Virus record (IMG/VR): IMGVR_UViG_3300027566_000017
Location: 1 to 38,161 of that record
Origin: a virus
Taxonomy: Duplodnaviria; Caudoviricetes
Strand: one strand, 5' to 3'
Length of the DNA: 38,161 nucleotides
The translations under genes were made by a program, and so were the position numbers. This document shows, in pieces, positions 35,339 to 38,161 of this stretch. The notes below the pieces were generated by a model, which saw only the letters and a list, made by a program, of their open reading frames with translations, did no database searches and had not been told where the DNA came from. The stretch's first letter is position 1; each line of letters starts with the position of its first letter.

Positions 35339-35713
35339 ATGGTGTTGTGTTCTGTTGCAGATGTCCGGACGAGGGTTTTTACGAAGCTATCAGATGCTGA
35401 TATTGGAAATATCATAGATGCTGCTTATGACATTGTTCTAGGGCTTACCGGCGCGACTGATGACAGTAACGCTGATGTAAATCTGGCAATTCGAGGTAAA
35501 GCATGTGCTTTGACTCTTCGAAAAATGAGAACTAACGGAGAACTTCCAGCCTCAAAGAAGCAGGGTAATGCTCAGGAGCAGAACACTATAGACCAGGACA
35601 TTCAGGATTACGAAGCCGAGGCCAAATCTTTCATTCAAAAATATACAGGATCTTCTTTCAGCATCCCTTCAGGCAGGATGGGTTACGGGACGGTGAACAA
35701 TGAACTCTCTTGA
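35339..35713 (+). CDS. Head-tail adaptor protein
   Basis: CSVADVR N-terminus, helical 124 aa, follows the capsid gene. Confidence 0.75.
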   Translation: MVLCSVADVRTRVFTKLSDADIGNIIDAAYDIVLGLTGATDDSNADVNLAIRGKACALTLRKMRTNGELPASKKQGNAQEQNTIDQDIQDYEAEAKSFIQKYTGSSFSIPSGRMGYGTVNNELS

Positions 35714-36308
35714 TTCCGGAATGATACACTCCTGCCAGGTACTCAGTGCAACCCAGAACCACAGACTGGACTTTACCTCCGGATCTGTAGCTTTTACTGC
35801 AGGGCAAATCCTTACGGGGTCAGTTTCCGGAGCTACAGGAACAATTAAGAGTGTGGTTTTAAGCTCAGGCTCCTGGGCTTCTGGTAATGCTGCAGGCTAT
35901 CTAATCCTTTACAACGTTTCCGGAACTTTCGGAAATGAAACAATACACGACGATCACGATGAAGGCATTGAAACCCCTGGTAGTGCCACAGCCTCCGGAC
36001 CTGTGATCCCCCAAACAAACGGAGTAGGGACTCCACAGACAACTACCTCCAGCATACACTATGCCTGTTTGTTTTCTTCTATCAGTGTATCCGGAGGCAT
36101 TCAAATTTTTGATTCCGGAAAATACATAACTGCTAATGATATTGTTTTCCTTCCAGACAACGCTGTAGTTCAGGAAGGTGATTATGTCACCAGTTCGGAG
36201 ACCGGATACAACCATACTTACAGAGTAGAGAAAGTTACCACACTGTACAATAAAGATGGAAGTATAGACCACATCGAAGCTCAATTAAAAGTCGTTACGA
36301 AAAAATAG
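35700..36308 (+). CDS. Head closure protein with inserted beta domain
   Basis: MIHSCQV...VQEGDYV...YRVEKV...DHIEAQL closure pattern split by a Gly/Ser/Thr-rich insert. Confidence 0.7.
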   Translation: MNSLDSGMIHSCQVLSATQNHRLDFTSGSVAFTAGQILTGSVSGATGTIKSVVLSSGSWASGNAAGYLILYNVSGTFGNETIHDDHDEGIETPGSATASGPVIPQTNGVGTPQTTTSSIHYACLFSSISVSGGIQIFDSGKYITANDIVFLPDNAVVQEGDYVTSSETGYNHTYRVEKVTTLYNKDGSIDHIEAQLKVVTKK

Positions 36309-36319
36309 GTGGATAATTA

Positions 36320-36580
36320 ATGCCTCCTCAGAACACACCTCAAATTCTTGTTTATCGAGGGGAGTGTGAGAAAAACCGCGACTGTCTAAAAAATGATCTA
36401 AAGGAACTTATACAGCAGGAGAAAATCGACAGGAAGGAGGGTGAGATGGAGCTTGGTAAAAGCATTGAGAAAGTAGACGGAAAGATCGATACTATCAATT
36501 CAAAAATGACAGGGCTTCTCGTTACCCTTGTTGTTGGAATTCTGATGTTTCTTATCGAGTTTATGATGGGGAAAATCTGA
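36320..36580 (+). CDS. Coiled-coil protein with C-terminal TM helix (XhlA/BhlA holin-like architecture)
   Basis: IEKVDGKIDTINSKM followed by a hydrophobic C-terminus; AGGTGGA SD. Confidence 0.6.
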   Translation: MPPQNTPQILVYRGECEKNRDCLKNDLKELIQQEKIDRKEGEMELGKSIEKVDGKIDTINSKMTGLLVTLVVGILMFLIEFMMGKI

Positions 36581-36582
36581 GT

Positions 36583-36990
36583 ATGACTGACACTTTCAAA
36601 GTTGAAGTCAAGGGCATAAAGGAGCTCCAGAATACCTTCAAAATTATTGAAAAAGATCTTCAAGATATCCTCTCAAAAGCTGTTTCTCAGGGTGCTGCGG
36701 TTGTTGAGAAAGACGCAAAGATGCGAGTTGTAGTGAAAACCGGAACCCTCAGGCGCAGTATTCGAGAAATTAAAAAAGTGAGGTCACCTACCAGAGCAGA
36801 AAGCCAGGTAGGAACTGATATTAAATATGCTGCGAGGGTAGAATTCGGGTATACTGGACCTGATAAACGGGGAAGAAAATTCCACCAGGTAGCGCAGCCA
36901 TACCTTAGACCGGCTCTTGACAATAATAAAGACAAGATAAATTCAACCGTAGAGGCTTATATTGCCAATGCTCTTGCGAGGTATAGGTAA
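36583..36990 (+). CDS. HK97 gp10 family tail completion protein
   Basis: VKGIKEL, VKTGTLRRSI, YAARVEFG, AQPYLRPA. Confidence 0.92.
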   Translation: MTDTFKVEVKGIKELQNTFKIIEKDLQDILSKAVSQGAAVVEKDAKMRVVVKTGTLRRSIREIKKVRSPTRAESQVGTDIKYAARVEFGYTGPDKRGRKFHQVAQPYLRPALDNNKDKINSTVEAYIANALARYR

Positions 36991-37364
36991 TGGCTCTCAT
37001 TGACGAGGCTATAAGGTCCATTCTCCTGGCAGATCCTGCAGTTTATGGCCTCGTTGGAACCAGGATCTTTCCCTTAGAGCTCCCCTTAGAATGTACTTTC
37101 CCTGCAATTTCCTATTTATTCCCTTCGGATCCATACAAAAGAGTAGCCAGGCCAGCCAGGCTGCAGGTCGATTGCTGGGCTGAAGATGTAATGGAATGTA
37201 AAAACCTAAAATTAGCTGTTGAAAATGCCCTAAACGGCTACGCCGGTATAGTTAACGGTGTTAACATTGAAGGAATTTTTCCAATATCGCCCTATGATTT
37301 AGCCCCGGATGAAACGGGCATTTTCCATATTCCCTATGATTTCAAGGTAATCTATCGAACATAA
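36990..37364 (+). CDS. Tail terminator protein (DUF3168-like)
   Basis: LVGTRIFP...FPAISY...RLQVDCWA. Confidence 0.85.
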   Translation: MALIDEAIRSILLADPAVYGLVGTRIFPLELPLECTFPAISYLFPSDPYKRVARPARLQVDCWAEDVMECKNLKLAVENALNGYAGIVNGVNIEGIFPISPYDLAPDETGIFHIPYDFKVIYRT

Positions 37365-37374
37365 GAGGTATAAT

Positions 37375-38161
37375 ATGCCAACATATCAGACGACAGCACA
37401 AGATGAGGACACGATACGATTTGGGTCAGCCAAAATCGAAGTTGGTACAAGTTCCGCAGATCTTCAGGATCTCGGACTTGTATCCGGAGTAGCAATCAAA
37501 GAAGACTATACGCTCGTTGAACTAAAAGCAGACAATGGAGCTCCTATAACTAAAGGTAACAAGGAACACACAGTTTCACTTTCCTTTGAAATGTGGGAGC
37601 TGGACCTTACCAAACTTGCTCTGATTCGTGGTGGACTTGATTCTACCGGGAGTGTAGCAGCAACTCCAGTAACTGTAACAAACGAAGCGCTTACACTAAC
37701 CGGGACAACTGCAAAAAAACTTGCTTTCAAAAACGGTGACGGGTCTGAAGTTGGTTCGATCGTGGTTACTGATGCAAGCTCAAACGCTGCAGTTCGAAAC
37801 ACAGATTATGTGGTTTCCGTTGACTCGGCTGGTTATACTACCATTGCCAGGGTTGCAGCTTCGACGGTGATCGGCACAGGTGAAGGAGTTTTGGTCGATT
37901 ATAGCTACACTCCTCTTGCAAACAAAACAATGAGCTCAGGTGGTCTGTCAACAATCGCTGCAAGGTACGTCAGAGTAACCAACATCAATTCAGCTGGAAA
38001 GAAATTCCAGATCGATATTTACAAAGCCAAGGTTGTTGGTGGTCTTGATTTCAGCTATCCTGCAGACGACGGCGACGAACCGCTTAAGCCGAAAATCGAG
38101 ATGAAAGGTGAATATGATACCACCAGAACCGCAGGAGATCAGCTCTTTAAGATCACGGATG
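37375..38161 (+). CDS. Major tail tube protein (3' truncated by the window)
   Basis: GAGGT SD; MPTYQTTAQDEDTIRFGSAKIEVG...DLG; open to the window end; follows the tail terminator. Confidence 0.85.
   Translation, partial: MPTYQTTAQDEDTIRFGSAKIEVGTSSADLQDLGLVSGVAIKEDYTLVELKADNGAPITKGNKEHTVSLSFEMWELDLTKLALIRGGLDSTGSVAATPVTVTNEALTLTGTTAKKLAFKNGDGSEVGSIVVTDASSNAAVRNTDYVVSVDSAGYTTIARVAASTVIGTGEGVLVDYSYTPLANKTMSSGGLSTIAARYVRVTNINSAGKKFQIDIYKAKVVGGLDFSYPADDGDEPLKPKIEMKGEYDTTRTAGDQLFKITD

Larger units (their letters stand above)
1..38161 (+). mobile_element. Archaeal tailed virus/provirus (siphovirus-like, HK97-type head); both ends lie outside the window
   Basis: Colinear terS-terL-portal-MuF-protease/scaffold-decoration-capsid-adaptor-closure-gp10-terminator-tail tube order; archaeal SD and TATA signals; no att site or integrase seen. 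Confidence 0.92.

Noticed and set aside
1-38161. CRISPR array or diversity-generating retroelement
   Set aside because: No regularly spaced repeat-spacer series, no reverse transcriptase motif, and no template/variable repeat pair differing at adenines was seen

Overview
The window is most of the genome of an archaeal head-tail virus or provirus (Caudoviricetes, siphovirus-like). The host is probably Methanosarcinaceae, inferred from GGAGGTGA-type SD sites, TATA boxes, PKD-domain surface proteins and a disaggregatase-like beta-helix protein. Left to right: accessory lipoprotein and candidate sRNAs; a divergent pair of RHH-like regulators with four 16-bp operators; a structured RNA block containing an intron-bearing tRNA-like gene; an early operon of small genes (PD-(D/E)XK nuclease, HTH proteins, HNH); terminase small and large subunits; portal; secreted GH18-PKD and LamG-SGNH-PKD proteins; MuF; then, after about 13 kb of intervening genes, protease/scaffold, decoration protein, major capsid, head-tail connectors and a truncated major tail protein. 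The most striking element is that intervening block. It encodes a conjugation/T4SS-like membrane module: beta-helix surface protein, two polytopic membrane proteins, a PrgI/VirB3-like protein and a VirB4/HerA-type ATPase with a C-terminal PD-(D/E)XK-like nuclease domain. No integrase, relaxase or replicative helicase/polymerase is recognisable in the window. A GTTAAC-N3-GTTAAC palindrome marks the late modules. All family assignments come from motifs and gene order read by eye; no searches were run.
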